DNA of 64,000 bases from a bacterium (lineage in GTDB: Bacteria > RBG-13-61-14 > DATKZS01). The stretch is taken from positions 576,001 through 640,000 of the forward strand of contig CAXXFL010000002.1 in the NCBI GenBank assembly GCA_963674965.2, in the 5' to 3' direction. The notes beneath the pieces were generated by a model. It worked only from the letters and a program-made list of their open reading frames with translations, ran no database searches and had not been told where the DNA came from. The position numbers and the translations under genes are program-made. Numbering within the stretch: position 1 is the stretch's first letter; every line of letters starts with the position of its first letter. Below are positions 22,916 to 33,301 of this stretch, one piece after another.

Positions 22916-23673
22916 AGCGCCAGCCTTTCTCAGCCTCGATAGTCTGCATGAACGAGGAGGACCGGATACGCGAATGTCTCGAGAGCGTAAGGTTCGCCGA
23001 CGAGATAGTGGTGGTCGACTCGGGAAGCTCGGACAACACCGTGTCCATCGCCCGGGAGTATACCGAGAGGGTTTTACACCACCACTGGCCGGGCATGAGG
23101 GGACAGCGGGAGTGGGCCGCCGGGCAATGTTCTCATGAGTGGGTCCTTTCCCTCGACGCCGACGAAAGGGTCAGCCCCGAGCTTCGGGCCGAGATCGAGT
23201 CGGTCCTCGCCCGTCCCCGCCTCGAGGCCTCCGGCTTCACCATGCCCAGAAAAACCTTTTACCAGGGGAGATGGATACTCCATGGAGGCTGGTACCCGGA
23301 CAGGAAGCTGCGTTTTTACAGGCGGGAGGCAGCGCGTTTCCTGGGCAGGGACCCTCACGACGCGATCGAGGTCGAGGGCGAGGTCGAGGCGCTGAGGGGC
23401 GACCTCCTTCATTACACCTATCGCGACCTGGACCATCACGCCCGGAGGCTGGTAAGCCACGCCCTGGTCAACGCCGAGAGCAAGCGGGAAGCGGGCCAGC
23501 GATTCGCCATGTCCGACCTCCTGCTTCGTCCGCCTTTCGCCTTTTTCAAGTCCTACGTGATAAAGCTCGGGCTGCTCGAGGGCATGCCCGGGTTCCTCAT
23601 CGCCTCGATGATGGGCTATTACACCTTCCTCAAGTACGCCAGGATGTGGGAAATGGAAAGGGAGTCCAAATGA
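22912..23673 (+). CDS. Glycosyltransferase family 2 (KdtX/WaaE-like)
   Basis: VVVDSGSSD, LDADE, WYPD, LLHYTY. Confidence 0.9.
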   Translation: MKRQPFSASIVCMNEEDRIRECLESVRFADEIVVVDSGSSDNTVSIAREYTERVLHHHWPGMRGQREWAAGQCSHEWVLSLDADERVSPELRAEIESVLARPRLEASGFTMPRKTFYQGRWILHGGWYPDRKLRFYRREAARFLGRDPHDAIEVEGEVEALRGDLLHYTYRDLDHHARRLVSHALVNAESKREAGQRFAMSDLLLRPPFAFFKSYVIKLGLLEGMPGFLIASMMGYYTFLKYARMWEMERESK

Positions 23674-25298
23674 GCCGGGCCGGGTCGGACGGCTTCACCC
23701 GGAAACGGGTGGGCGCCGTTTGGTGGAGACTGGCCCCGGGCATGGACGAGGCCCTGTTGCCCATACTCGAGGACTTGGGAAAACGGCGGGAGTACCATCC
23801 CGCCCTCGGGGAGATCGGGACATCCTCGGTCAAGTCGGTGCGGAGGATCAAGGCCAATCGCCCGGGCCTGGCCGGGGAATTGACGGTCAAGACCTATTCC
23901 GAGTCGTCCCCCTTCTCGACGCTGACGGGGACCGCGGCGGCCTCGGCGGAAAAGGAATGGGAAATGGCCCGGGAGCACTCGAGGAGGGGACTGCCCGCTC
24001 CTTCCCATTTAGCCATGGGCAAGAGGAAGGGTAAATGGGGAGCGCGGGAGTACATCCTCATACTCGAGTCGCCGACCTCGCATGAGAGGTTCGACGATTT
24101 TTTCCGGACCACCTTCCGTCCCGAGCTTCCCAGCGCCAGGCCCATGGACAAGAGGCGGGTCATATCCGATCTTGCCGGCCTTTTGCGCCGCATGCACGAC
24201 CGGGGCATCTCGAGGCCCAAGATCGAGCCGGGCAATATACTGGCCGCCCCCCGCTCGGGCGGCGGGGTGCATTTTATTTTCGTGGACCTGGGACAGTCCC
24301 TGGTCAGGAGATCCAAAAAAGGGATTTCCGTCGAGGAAAGGACCCTCGAGCTGGCCAGGTTCCATAAAAGCTTCTCCCCCCTGTTCAGCCAGGGATACAG
24401 GATCAGGTTCTACAGGGAATATTTCAGTCCCGATAACCTGTCCTCCCGGGAGTTCCGCGAGCTGGTCAAAAAAATCGTGGACCTCTCGGCCCGGCTGGCC
24501 ATACGGGACGAGCCGGGCGTCGAAAAAAAAGTCAGGCAAAGGGTCGATCCCTACTTCTGGTTCGTGACCCGCGACCACCGCGTGTTCCTTAGAAAACCCG
24601 TCTACCAGAACTCGATCATCGAGTCCCTGGACAAGCTCGAGGCCGCCGAGAACAGGGTCCGGATCAGGATCAAGATGATCCGCGACGCCAACATGATCGA
24701 GGTCATGGCGAGAAAGCTCTCGCCGCCTCCCGACCGCGCTCGCGGCGTGGCGGGAGCGGCCGAGTGGGCCTTCATCATGAGCGCCATCATGGAGCACCAC
24801 GGCGTGTCCCATTATCGGGTCATGGCCGCCATCGAGCCCAAGGGGGACCAGGGGGGGATAACCCTCGAGATTCCCCCCGGCCGCGGCGAGTACAACCTGG
24901 CCGAGTACCTGGCGCGCAAGGTGGCCGAGGAATTCTCCGGCGCGCCCTGGGACCGAAGGTTCCTCATTCGGGTGGCGAGTTTCCTGCTCAACCTGCACAA
25001 CCTGGGATGGCGTTTTCCCCAGCCGTCGGGCGACGACCTTTGGGTCCGGTACACCGAGGAGGGGACCCATGAAATCCGCCTATCCAACCTCCAGAGAATG
25101 AGAAGGTTCAACCCGTCCGACGCCGAGGAAAGGCTAAGGAACCTTTTGGCCCTTCGCCTGGCCCTTCCCATTTCCCAGTCCGACGGGATAGTGCTGGCGG
25201 AGGAATACCTCCGGTTCTCGCGGGCCCACTCCAGCGACCGGCCCGGATGGAGAAAGAGGTTCCTCGAATGGCAGCTTGGAAGCGCGAGCGCGACTTGA
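23670..25298 (+). CDS. LPS kinase (Kdo/WaaP/InaA) family-like protein with two degenerate kinase folds
   Basis: VKTY...AEKEW, LRRMHDRG...PGNIL, FVDLG and a second LHNLG repeat. The start overlaps the upstream stop (ATGA). Confidence 0.75.
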   Translation: MSRAGSDGFTRKRVGAVWWRLAPGMDEALLPILEDLGKRREYHPALGEIGTSSVKSVRRIKANRPGLAGELTVKTYSESSPFSTLTGTAAASAEKEWEMAREHSRRGLPAPSHLAMGKRKGKWGAREYILILESPTSHERFDDFFRTTFRPELPSARPMDKRRVISDLAGLLRRMHDRGISRPKIEPGNILAAPRSGGGVHFIFVDLGQSLVRRSKKGISVEERTLELARFHKSFSPLFSQGYRIRFYREYFSPDNLSSREFRELVKKIVDLSARLAIRDEPGVEKKVRQRVDPYFWFVTRDHRVFLRKPVYQNSIIESLDKLEAAENRVRIRIKMIRDANMIEVMARKLSPPPDRARGVAGAAEWAFIMSAIMEHHGVSHYRVMAAIEPKGDQGGITLEIPPGRGEYNLAEYLARKVAEEFSGAPWDRRFLIRVASFLLNLHNLGWRFPQPSGDDLWVRYTEEGTHEIRLSNLQRMRRFNPSDAEERLRNLLALRLALPISQSDGIVLAEEYLRFSRAHSSDRPGWRKRFLEWQLGSASAT

Positions 25299-25335
25299 GC
25301 CCGGCTCCGATTATAATAAGAAACGAGATCGAGTA

Positions 25336-26454
25336 ATGAGAATACTTTTAGCCGCTCACATAAAATGGTACAACGCCGAGGCCGAGTACGTTCATCGCCT
25401 GGCCTTAAGGCTGATCCGGATGGGACACGAGCCCCTTGTCTGGGGAAAGAAGGACTCTCCCCTATTGCGGAGGGCTTCCGCCTCGGGCGTTTCCACTTAC
25501 GGCGAGGGAGACCCCTCCTCCATCGGCCCCGGGCCGGCCGGCCGGGCGGCCGCGGCCTTGTCCCATCTGGTCCGGCGGGGAGGGTTCGAGGTGGTCGACT
25601 TCCACCGCTCGGAGGGATACCCCCTCCTGGCCCGAGCGGCCAAAAGAGCGGGGGCCGCCGTGGTCCGCACCCGCGCGGACATGCGGCCCTTCAAGTTCGC
25701 CGCCGTTAACGGGATGATCCACCGCTCCCTGACCGATTACGTGATAACGGGCAACGATCTTCTGCGCGACAACTTTATCCTCCGCCTGGGGTATCCGGCC
25801 GAGCGGGTGGCGACGGCCAGGTTCGGTATCGACCCCGGCGAGGTCAGGCCGTCCATAAGCGAGGAGAAAGCCCGGGCCGAGCTCGGGCTTACCGCCTCGG
25901 ACAAGGTCGTGGGAATAATGGGCAGGCTGGGGCCGGTCAAGGGACAGGAGTTCGTTTTGCGCGCGGCCGGCAAGATTCTCGCCTCCGAGCCGCTGACGCG
26001 GTTCCTGGTGATATTCAATCACCATGAGGAGAGCGACAAGTTTCTTCCCGAGCTTAGGCGCTCTCCCTACCAGGATAAATTCACGCTGGCGGGCACTCGG
26101 GAAAACCCGGCCGACGTCATGCAGGTTTGCCGGGCGGCGATCATTCCCTCCGTGGGCAGCGAGGCCCATTGTCGGGTGGCACTCGAGTGGATGGACATGG
26201 GCGTGCCGGTGATAGGCTCGAGGGTCGGCGTCATACCGGAGCTCATCGATCACGGGGACACGGGCTACCTGGTCCAGCCCCGCTATTCCGACGCCATCGC
26301 CGAGTGCGCTCTCCAGCTTCTTAAGTACCCCGAGCGGGCCCGCGCCATGGGCCTGGCCGGCCAAAAGAAGCTGGCGGCCGAGTTCAGCCTGGACAAGACC
26401 GCCGAGGACAACGTGGACGCCTTCGAGCGGGCCGTCCGTCTGGCGAGGAGATGA
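25336..26454 (+). CDS. Glycosyltransferase family 4
   Basis: GRLxxxKG, E-x7-E motif (EAHCRVALE), PVIGSRVG...ELI...TG. Confidence 0.9.
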   Translation: MRILLAAHIKWYNAEAEYVHRLALRLIRMGHEPLVWGKKDSPLLRRASASGVSTYGEGDPSSIGPGPAGRAAAALSHLVRRGGFEVVDFHRSEGYPLLARAAKRAGAAVVRTRADMRPFKFAAVNGMIHRSLTDYVITGNDLLRDNFILRLGYPAERVATARFGIDPGEVRPSISEEKARAELGLTASDKVVGIMGRLGPVKGQEFVLRAAGKILASEPLTRFLVIFNHHEESDKFLPELRRSPYQDKFTLAGTRENPADVMQVCRAAIIPSVGSEAHCRVALEWMDMGVPVIGSRVGVIPELIDHGDTGYLVQPRYSDAIAECALQLLKYPERARAMGLAGQKKLAAEFSLDKTAEDNVDAFERAVRLARR

Positions 26455-26516
26455 TTGACGCCCGGCTTGGCGTCTGTTGTAATTATAAGGACTTGCGGTA
26501 CAAGGAGGATTAAAGG

Positions 26517-27299
26517 ATGTATTTCGCGGGAGTTGACGTAGGCTCCATATCGGCCGAGGTCGTGATAATCGACGAGACCGGCCAAGTCGCGGGCCAGGCC
26601 ATCGGCTACACCGGGGCCAACAGCGTGGCGGCCAGCGAGCGCACCCTCGAGGAGGCGCTGGCCAAGGCCGGGATTAAAAAGGAAGACATTAAAAGGGTGG
26701 TGAGCACCGGCTACGGTCGGGAACGCGTTCCCTACGCCGACGACAAGGTCACGGAGATAACCTGCCACGGGAGGGGAGCGGTGCATCTGTTCCCCGAGAC
26801 CAGGACCGTGATCGACATCGGCGGCCAGGACAGCAAGGCCATCAGCATCGACGAGAACGGGCGGGTGCAGAACTTCCAGATGAACGACAAGTGCGCCGCG
26901 GGCACCGGCCGTTTTCTCGAGGTCATGGCCCGGGCGCTCGAGGTAGACCTGGTTGACATGGGAAATCTCGGGCTGGCCAGCGAAAAGGACGTTTCGGTCA
27001 GCTCGGTTTGCACGGTCTTCGCCGAGAGCGAGGTGGTTGGCCTCATCCACCAGGGCACGGACAAAAAGGACATCATCAACGGCATCCACAAGGCGGTGGC
27101 GGACAGGACCCGCGCCCTGGCCGGGCGGGTGGGGATAAAACCCATGGTGACCATGACCGGCGGCGTGGCCAAGAACCCCGGCGTGGTCAAGGTGCTCGAG
27201 AACAAGATCGGCGAGAAGCTCCATATCCCGGAGGAGCCGCAAACGGTCGGGGCCCTGGGAGCGGCGCTTATCGCCCGCGACAGGCACGCGGCCGGTTAG
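26517..27299 (+). CDS. 2-hydroxyacyl-CoA dehydratase activator (HgdC/BadFG ATPase family)
   Basis: GVDVGS, TGYGR, IDIGGQDSK, NDKCAAGTG, CTVFAESE. Confidence 0.95.
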   Translation: MYFAGVDVGSISAEVVIIDETGQVAGQAIGYTGANSVAASERTLEEALAKAGIKKEDIKRVVSTGYGRERVPYADDKVTEITCHGRGAVHLFPETRTVIDIGGQDSKAISIDENGRVQNFQMNDKCAAGTGRFLEVMARALEVDLVDMGNLGLASEKDVSVSSVCTVFAESEVVGLIHQGTDKKDIINGIHKAVADRTRALAGRVGIKPMVTMTGGVAKNPGVVKVLENKIGEKLHIPEEPQTVGALGAALIARDRHAAG

Positions 27300-27321
27300 G
27301 CCGGCGTTGGCCGAGGAAGCA

Positions 27322-28485
27322 ATGATGACGGACGGCGGCCGCGCGGAGACCCGGGAGGTTTTGCTTACCGAGGCGTCTTACGATGACGCCCGGTCGGCCC
27401 TCGACCGCGTGATAGAGGGCCTTGACCTCGAGGACTGGCTCATGGGCCTTAAGGGCAAGAAGGTCTTCGTCAAGCCCAACATGCTGGGGGTGTTTTCTCC
27501 CGATCAACACGCCACCACCCATCCCTCCCTGGTGGCGGCCGCGGTCGGGGTGCTGCGCGAGGTGGGGGCCGAGGTCACGGTGGGAGACAACTGCGGCGTG
27601 GGCGGCTACGGTCTTAACCAGCGGGTGGCCAAGGTGACGGGGATCATGGAGGCCTCCGACGGCGCCTACGTCAACGTGGCCAAGGACATACTGATGGCGA
27701 GGCTCGATTCCCGCTTCATGGACCGCATACCGGTCTCGCGGGCCATGCTCGAGGCCGACGCCCTTATCAGTCTTCCCAAGATGAAGACCCACTCGCTCAC
27801 GGTGGTGACGGGAGGGGTCAAGAACATGTTCGGTCTCGTGGCGGGGGCGGGAAAGGGAAAAGCCCACGGCTCGGCCTGCGGCAACAAGGACTTCGGCGAG
27901 ATGCTGACCTCGATTTACTCGCTGCGCCCTCCCGACCTGACGATCATGGACGCGGTGGTGGCCATGGAGGGAAACGGGCCCTCGGGCGGTCCCCTTAAAA
28001 AAGTCGGCAAGCTCCTGGCCTCGAGAAACGCCGTGGCCCTCGACGCGGTGACCTGCAAGATCATGGGCATCCCGGCCGAGGAGGTCCACCACCTAAGGTA
28101 CGCGAATAAAAAAGGCCTTGGACCCCTCGACCTCGAGTCGATCAGGATCATCGGCTCGGTCCCGGCGGGAGGGAATTTCAAGCTGCCCGTTACCGTTCAC
28201 AAGTACAGCTTTCTGGGAAGGTTTTTCAACCAGAGGTTTTTCCGTCCCCTTTCCAAGACCAGACTGGTCCTGGACCCCTCGAAGTGCAAAAGGTGCGAAA
28301 TATGCGTCCAGGCTTGTCCCACTGGCGCCATGGGCATGGATGGGGACTTTCCCCGCATAGACGAGGGACTTTGTATCAAGTGTCTTTGCTGCCACGAGCT
28401 TTGCCCCGAGCACGCGTGGGATTTCAAGGGTTTATTCAGCCGGTTCATGGGCGGGGGGAGAATGTTTTCATGGAAGAAAGAGTAA
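27322..28485 (+). CDS. DUF362 domain protein with 2x[4Fe-4S] ferredoxin domain
   Basis: VKPN, PKMKTH, GGVKN, MEGNGP and two CxxCxxCxxxCP motifs. Confidence 0.9.
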   Translation: MMTDGGRAETREVLLTEASYDDARSALDRVIEGLDLEDWLMGLKGKKVFVKPNMLGVFSPDQHATTHPSLVAAAVGVLREVGAEVTVGDNCGVGGYGLNQRVAKVTGIMEASDGAYVNVAKDILMARLDSRFMDRIPVSRAMLEADALISLPKMKTHSLTVVTGGVKNMFGLVAGAGKGKAHGSACGNKDFGEMLTSIYSLRPPDLTIMDAVVAMEGNGPSGGPLKKVGKLLASRNAVALDAVTCKIMGIPAEEVHHLRYANKKGLGPLDLESIRIIGSVPAGGNFKLPVTVHKYSFLGRFFNQRFFRPLSKTRLVLDPSKCKRCEICVQACPTGAMGMDGDFPRIDEGLCIKCLCCHELCPEHAWDFKGLFSRFMGGGRMFSWKKE

Positions 28486-29681
28486 CTCTGGAGAGGGCGT
28501 GGGAGCTTATCGACCTTAACGTCAAGCCCCTCGATATCGAGCCCGTCGAGATCATGTTCAGCGAGGGCAGGGTGCTGGCCGAGCGGGTCATGTCCTGGGT
28601 GGACCTTCCCGGCGCCGACTCCTCCAAGCTCGACGGGTACGCGCTCAGGTCGGGCGACGTTCCACCCGGCGGCGCGGACCTCGAGGTGGTGGGAGCGGCC
28701 ATGGCGGCCGAGCCCTATGAAGGGGACGTGCCCTTTGGCTCGTGCGTCAAGATCGCCACCGGGGCGATAGTGCCCAAGGACCTCGACGCGGTCGTGGCGG
28801 AAGAGGACGTGGATGAGAAAGAGGGCAAGGTCAGGGTCTCGGGTCCGGTTTCAGGGGGACAAGGCGTAAGGCCCAGGTCCGAGGAGATGCACGTGGGCAT
28901 GGGCGTGGCCAACCCGGGCGAGGTTATGACTCCGGGCCGCATAAGTTTGCTCATAGCGGCGGGATGGGTCGAGGCCCGCTACGTGAAGCAGCCCCGGGCA
29001 AGGGTCATCGCCACGGGCGACGAGCTTAAGTCCCCCGGCTCGGCCCTCGAGCCGGGGGACGTCTACCCCAGCGCCGCGGCGGGAGTGGTCGCCTGGTGCC
29101 GGGCCATGGGCATGAGCGACGTGAGGCTGAGCCTGGTGGCGGACCATCCCTACGACGTGCAGGACGCCTTTCCCGACGAGTACGGGGCCGACCTCGTCGT
29201 CACCATCGGCGGGACCGGGAGAGGGGAAAGGGACGTGGTCATGAAGGCCCTGGACGCGCTGGGAGTGGAGATACTCTTTAGGGGAATTAAAATAAGGCCC
29301 GGGCATCAGGCGACGTTCGGAACGCTCGCGGGCGTGCCCGTGCTTTGTCTTCCCGGCGGTCCCTCCGCCTGCGACGTAACTTTCCAGGTCCTGGCCCGGC
29401 GGGTTGTAAGCGCCCTCAAGGGCATTCCCGAAAGGGGACTTCCCTACCGCCTGTCCACCCTGTCCGAGGACGTCAAGTCCCGGGATGAGGAGGACCATCT
29501 GGTCCGGGTCAAGCTCGAGTGCCTGGAGATGGAGAACGTGGCCACGCCCTATTTTTCTCCCAAGGCCCATCTCGAGATCGCCGGCTCTCATGGAATCGTA
29601 AGGGCCCCGGCGGGGCAGGACCTGAAAGCCGGGCAAAAAGTCAAGGTCTGGCTTAGCGGGGAGGGGCTGCGGGGAGGCTGA
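28470..29681 (+). CDS. moeA: Molybdopterin molybdenumtransferase (divergent)
   Basis: GRVLAE, DGYA, IATGA, TGDEL, LPG.P; several motifs deviate from consensus. Confidence 0.8.
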   Translation: MEERVTLERAWELIDLNVKPLDIEPVEIMFSEGRVLAERVMSWVDLPGADSSKLDGYALRSGDVPPGGADLEVVGAAMAAEPYEGDVPFGSCVKIATGAIVPKDLDAVVAEEDVDEKEGKVRVSGPVSGGQGVRPRSEEMHVGMGVANPGEVMTPGRISLLIAAGWVEARYVKQPRARVIATGDELKSPGSALEPGDVYPSAAAGVVAWCRAMGMSDVRLSLVADHPYDVQDAFPDEYGADLVVTIGGTGRGERDVVMKALDALGVEILFRGIKIRPGHQATFGTLAGVPVLCLPGGPSACDVTFQVLARRVVSALKGIPERGLPYRLSTLSEDVKSRDEEDHLVRVKLECLEMENVATPYFSPKAHLEIAGSHGIVRAPAGQDLKAGQKVKVWLSGEGLRGG

Positions 29682-29760
29682 AGGCAAGAAGGGAGGTCGT
29701 CTCGGCGGGAAAGGCTCTAAAGCATTTCTTTCTCGGCCGGGTCAAGAAAGACGACTCGAG

Positions 29761-29991
29761 TCATTTGATCCGTTTCATGGCCAACTCGAAAACCCGATCG
29801 GCCGGCTTGGCTCCTGTTCTTCCCGACCGATATTCCCGGTATCTTCTTTCCGCTTCCTCTAACCACGGTCCTTCAACGTCATCGTCCTCGCCCCGGTCCA
29901 GCGTGGCCAAAAGCCTCTCAACCAGTAAAGCTCTTTCACGCAAGGGCAAAGCCGGCGCTTCTTTTTCGATTTCGCCAAGACTTTTATGCAT
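29761..29991 (-). CDS. Addiction module antitoxin-like small protein
   Basis: LPxxERAxLxExL...WxEEAERR pattern of the putative addiction module component family. Confidence 0.7.
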   Translation of the reverse strand: MHKSLGEIEKEAPALPLRERALLVERLLATLDRGEDDDVEGPWLEEAERRYREYRSGRTGAKPADRVFELAMKRIK

Positions 29992-30133
29992 TTGAATATC
30001 TCCATCAGTTAATTCGGTAACCGCGCCATCGGGCGATGAGGTTACGCGGCGGTTTTTTGAAAGAGGCCGCGATAGAAAACCATCCCGCGCCTCGCGGCGC
30101 CCGGATAGCGGAAGCTATCCGGGATACCCCGCG

Positions 30134-33100
30134 TTATTCTTCTTTTTTTGTATCGTCCTTTTTAGGATCGTTCTTTTCCGGTCCCTCCCAGGTCCCCTTG
30201 GATAACCTCCCCCAGACTTTTCCAATTACCTTGCCCGAGGACCCGGTAATGGTTTCCATGACCACGAAGAGTGCGGGCACGGCGTAGAAGGTGAAGATGG
30301 TTGAAACGGCGACCCCGCCCATGGTGGCGGCGGCGATGGGTACCAGGTATTCCGTTCCGGAGCCTCCGAAGATTTGCGGCGCGATGCCGGCGATGATGGC
30401 CAGGTTGGTCATGAGTATGGCCCGAAACCTCACGTCGGCGGCCTCCTTTACGCAGTGGGCCAGGGTCGCGTCGCATTCCCGCGTCCGCTGGATGGCGTAA
30501 TCGATGATGAGGATTCCGTTGTTGACCACTATTCCCACGAGCATGACCACGGCCATGAGGGACATGACGTTGATGGTGAGGCCGGTGAAGAAGAGGGTCA
30601 GCACCACCCCGACCACGCCGTAGAGCACGGTCACGCCGATGGTGATGGGATGGACGAAGGAGTTGAGGATGGCGGCCAGGAGCATGTAGGTCAGGATGAC
30701 GGCCAGGATGAATGCCACCATGATGTTCTGGAAGGTCTCCTGCATTTCCTCGGCGTTGCCCGCGAACTTATAGGAGTAGCCGGGCGGGAAGTCGACTTTT
30801 TTGAAATTCTCCGCCAGGAGCGCCTGGTTCTCGTTAAGGGTCAGGTTGGATATGTAGGAATAGAGTAATATGACCCTTTCCTTGTCCACCCTCTTGATGG
30901 AGGAGTAGCCCTTGGTCACCTTGAACTCCCCGAGCTGCGAAAGGGGGATGGCGCCCGAGGGCGACATGACCTTATAGGAAGCCAGGTCGGTTTCCGAGTC
31001 TCTCGCGCTTTCCTCCAGGCGGGCCACGATCTCGTATTCCTCCCCTCCCACGCGGAGCACGGCGCCCTTCTGGCCCTCGATCATGTAGCGCATGTTTATG
31101 CCGAGGTAGGCGTTGGGCAAGCCGTAATTGGCTTTCCTGTACTGGTTGGGGATGAAGTGTATCTCGTCCTTTGGAATCCGGTAGGAGTTGACCACGGCCC
31201 TGAAGTTTCCCGTCTCGAGCATGATCTCTCGCAGTTGGCTGGATATCTCGGCCAGCTTGTCGTAGTCGGGCCCTCTAACCTCGATGTCCAGGTCCGAGGT
31301 ACCGGGGCCACCCTGCTCCGAGCCGGTGGTATAAATCTCCGCGCCCGGTATTTTGGCCAGGTCCTCCTGCAGGGAGTACATGATCTCCTCGAAATCTCGG
31401 TCCCTCTTTTCCATGTCCACCAGGCGGACCTTGACGGCGATCTCGTCGAAGCCCACGTTTTCGCCGCCCGCCTGGGCCGTGTAGTCCAGGAGCTCGGCCT
31501 CGGGTACCTCCTCCCTTATCACCGTCTCGATCTTCCTGACCAGCTCGAGGGCCGAGGAGTAGCTCGTTCCCTTCGGCATTTGGGCCTTCACGTTGAACAC
31601 GCCCTCGTCGCTGACGGGAAAGAACTCGCCGCCCACGAACCGGATGAGGGAGAGGAATAAAAAGGATATCACTATGGTGGCGAGCACGGTCAGCCACGGA
31701 TGCTTAAGCGCCGGTTCGACGCTCGCGACGTATATTTCCTTGATCCAGTCCACGCCTTTTTGGAAAACCTCGAGGGGCGCGTGGAGAAGCCTGGTGACAA
31801 GGAGCCTTGGTTTTTCCCCTTCCTCCTTTTTACGCAGGAAGATCGAGCTGAGCATGGGGGTGAGGGAGAAAGAGGCCACGAGTGAGAAGATGGTGGCGAA
31901 AACCACGGTCAGTCCGAACTGGTAGAAGAACTGGCCCACGATGCCGCCCATGAAGGCGATGGGCGTGAACACGACAATGTTGGTGCCGGCGGCCGCCAGG
32001 ACGGCCACGGCTATCTCGGAGGTCCCTACCACGGCGGCGTCCTTGACGTCCTTTCCCATCTCGATGTGGCGGGTGATGTTCTCGAGCACGACGATGGCGT
32101 TGGCCACCAGGGTCCCGATGGATATACCCAGGGCCGCCAGGCTGAGCATGTTCATGGTGAAGCCGAAGGCGTCCATCAGGAGGAAGGCCGAGATGATGGA
32201 AGTGGGGATGACGGCCGAGGCCACGACGGTAATGCGCAGGTCCCGGAGGAACACGTAAAGCACGATGGCGCAGAAGATGACGCCGAGGAAGATGTTGGAG
32301 GTGGCGTTCTTGACGGCGGACCTTATGAAGGTCGAGGAATCGTCGGCCTTTTGCAGGGTCACGCCGGGGGGGACCATCTCGGCGGCTTTCTCGAGTCTTT
32401 TGTCGATGCCGTCGGCCACCTCGATGGCGTTGCCGTCTGAGCGCTTATAGATATCGAGAAGCACCGCCTCCTTGCCCAGGAAGCGCACGAAGGACTTGAC
32501 CTGCTCGGAGCCGTCCTCGATCCGGGCTATGTCCTTGAGCCGGATCACGCCGTGGCCCGGAGCGTAAAAGGTAACGTTCTCGATCTCCTCGATGGACTTG
32601 GCCTCGGCCTTGAACCTGACCCCGACCTCGCCGTCCCTTTTATAGACGTTTCCCGCGGGCACGTCCAGGTTCTCCTGACCCAGGTGCTGGACCACGTCGG
32701 TGAGAGTCATGTGGTACTGGGCCAGTTTCTCCAACTTGACCAGGACGTTGATCTGACGCTTGGCCCCGCCCAGGACCTCGACCTTGGCCACGCCCGAGGC
32801 CTGGCTGAAGTAGTTCTTAAGGTCCTTGTCCGCCATCTCGTAAAGCTCGAGCGGCGTGTGCTGGTCGGAGAGCACGGCCACCTTGATAACGGGCATGCTG
32901 AGGGGATCATACTTGGCGATGACCGGGTCCTCGGCGTCCTCGGGCAGGTCCTGCTTGATGCCCTCCACCTTGTCCTTAACGTCAAGGGCCTTGACGTCTA
33001 TGTCCACCCCCAGCTTGAAGCGAACGATGATATAGCCGTAGCTTTCGTTGATCTCGGACTGGATCGTCTTGATGTCGCTGATGTTCGAGACCTCGTCCTC

Positions 33101-33301
33101 GATCTTCTTGATCATCTGGCTCTCGATCTCGTCCGGACCGGCGCCCGGATATATACAGACTATCTGGACGAGGGGAAAGTCAAGCTCGGGAAAGAGATCG
33201 ACGACCATGCGGGAATATGATTGGACGCCCAGCACCACGAAAACCATGACTATCATCACGGTGGTGACGGGACGGCCCACGAAGGTCTTGATCAGGTTCA
33301 T
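30134..33301 (-). CDS. RND efflux transporter permease (AcrB/AcrD/AcrF family)
   Basis: 1055 aa; RPVT start, AIVVLENI, GIVVNNGIL, RFRAILMT. Confidence 0.95.
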   Translation of the reverse strand: MNLIKTFVGRPVTTVMIVMVFVVLGVQSYSRMVVDLFPELDFPLVQIVCIYPGAGPDEIESQMIKKIEDEVSNISDIKTIQSEINESYGYIIVRFKLGVDIDVKALDVKDKVEGIKQDLPEDAEDPVIAKYDPLSMPVIKVAVLSDQHTPLELYEMADKDLKNYFSQASGVAKVEVLGGAKRQINVLVKLEKLAQYHMTLTDVVQHLGQENLDVPAGNVYKRDGEVGVRFKAEAKSIEEIENVTFYAPGHGVIRLKDIARIEDGSEQVKSFVRFLGKEAVLLDIYKRSDGNAIEVADGIDKRLEKAAEMVPPGVTLQKADDSSTFIRSAVKNATSNIFLGVIFCAIVLYVFLRDLRITVVASAVIPTSIISAFLLMDAFGFTMNMLSLAALGISIGTLVANAIVVLENITRHIEMGKDVKDAAVVGTSEIAVAVLAAAGTNIVVFTPIAFMGGIVGQFFYQFGLTVVFATIFSLVASFSLTPMLSSIFLRKKEEGEKPRLLVTRLLHAPLEVFQKGVDWIKEIYVASVEPALKHPWLTVLATIVISFLFLSLIRFVGGEFFPVSDEGVFNVKAQMPKGTSYSSALELVRKIETVIREEVPEAELLDYTAQAGGENVGFDEIAVKVRLVDMEKRDRDFEEIMYSLQEDLAKIPGAEIYTTGSEQGGPGTSDLDIEVRGPDYDKLAEISSQLREIMLETGNFRAVVNSYRIPKDEIHFIPNQYRKANYGLPNAYLGINMRYMIEGQKGAVLRVGGEEYEIVARLEESARDSETDLASYKVMSPSGAIPLSQLGEFKVTKGYSSIKRVDKERVILLYSYISNLTLNENQALLAENFKKVDFPPGYSYKFAGNAEEMQETFQNIMVAFILAVILTYMLLAAILNSFVHPITIGVTVLYGVVGVVLTLFFTGLTINVMSLMAVVMLVGIVVNNGILIIDYAIQRTRECDATLAHCVKEAADVRFRAILMTNLAIIAGIAPQIFGGSGTEYLVPIAAATMGGVAVSTIFTFYAVPALFVVMETITGSSGKVIGKVWGRLSKGTWEGPEKNDPKKDDTKKEE

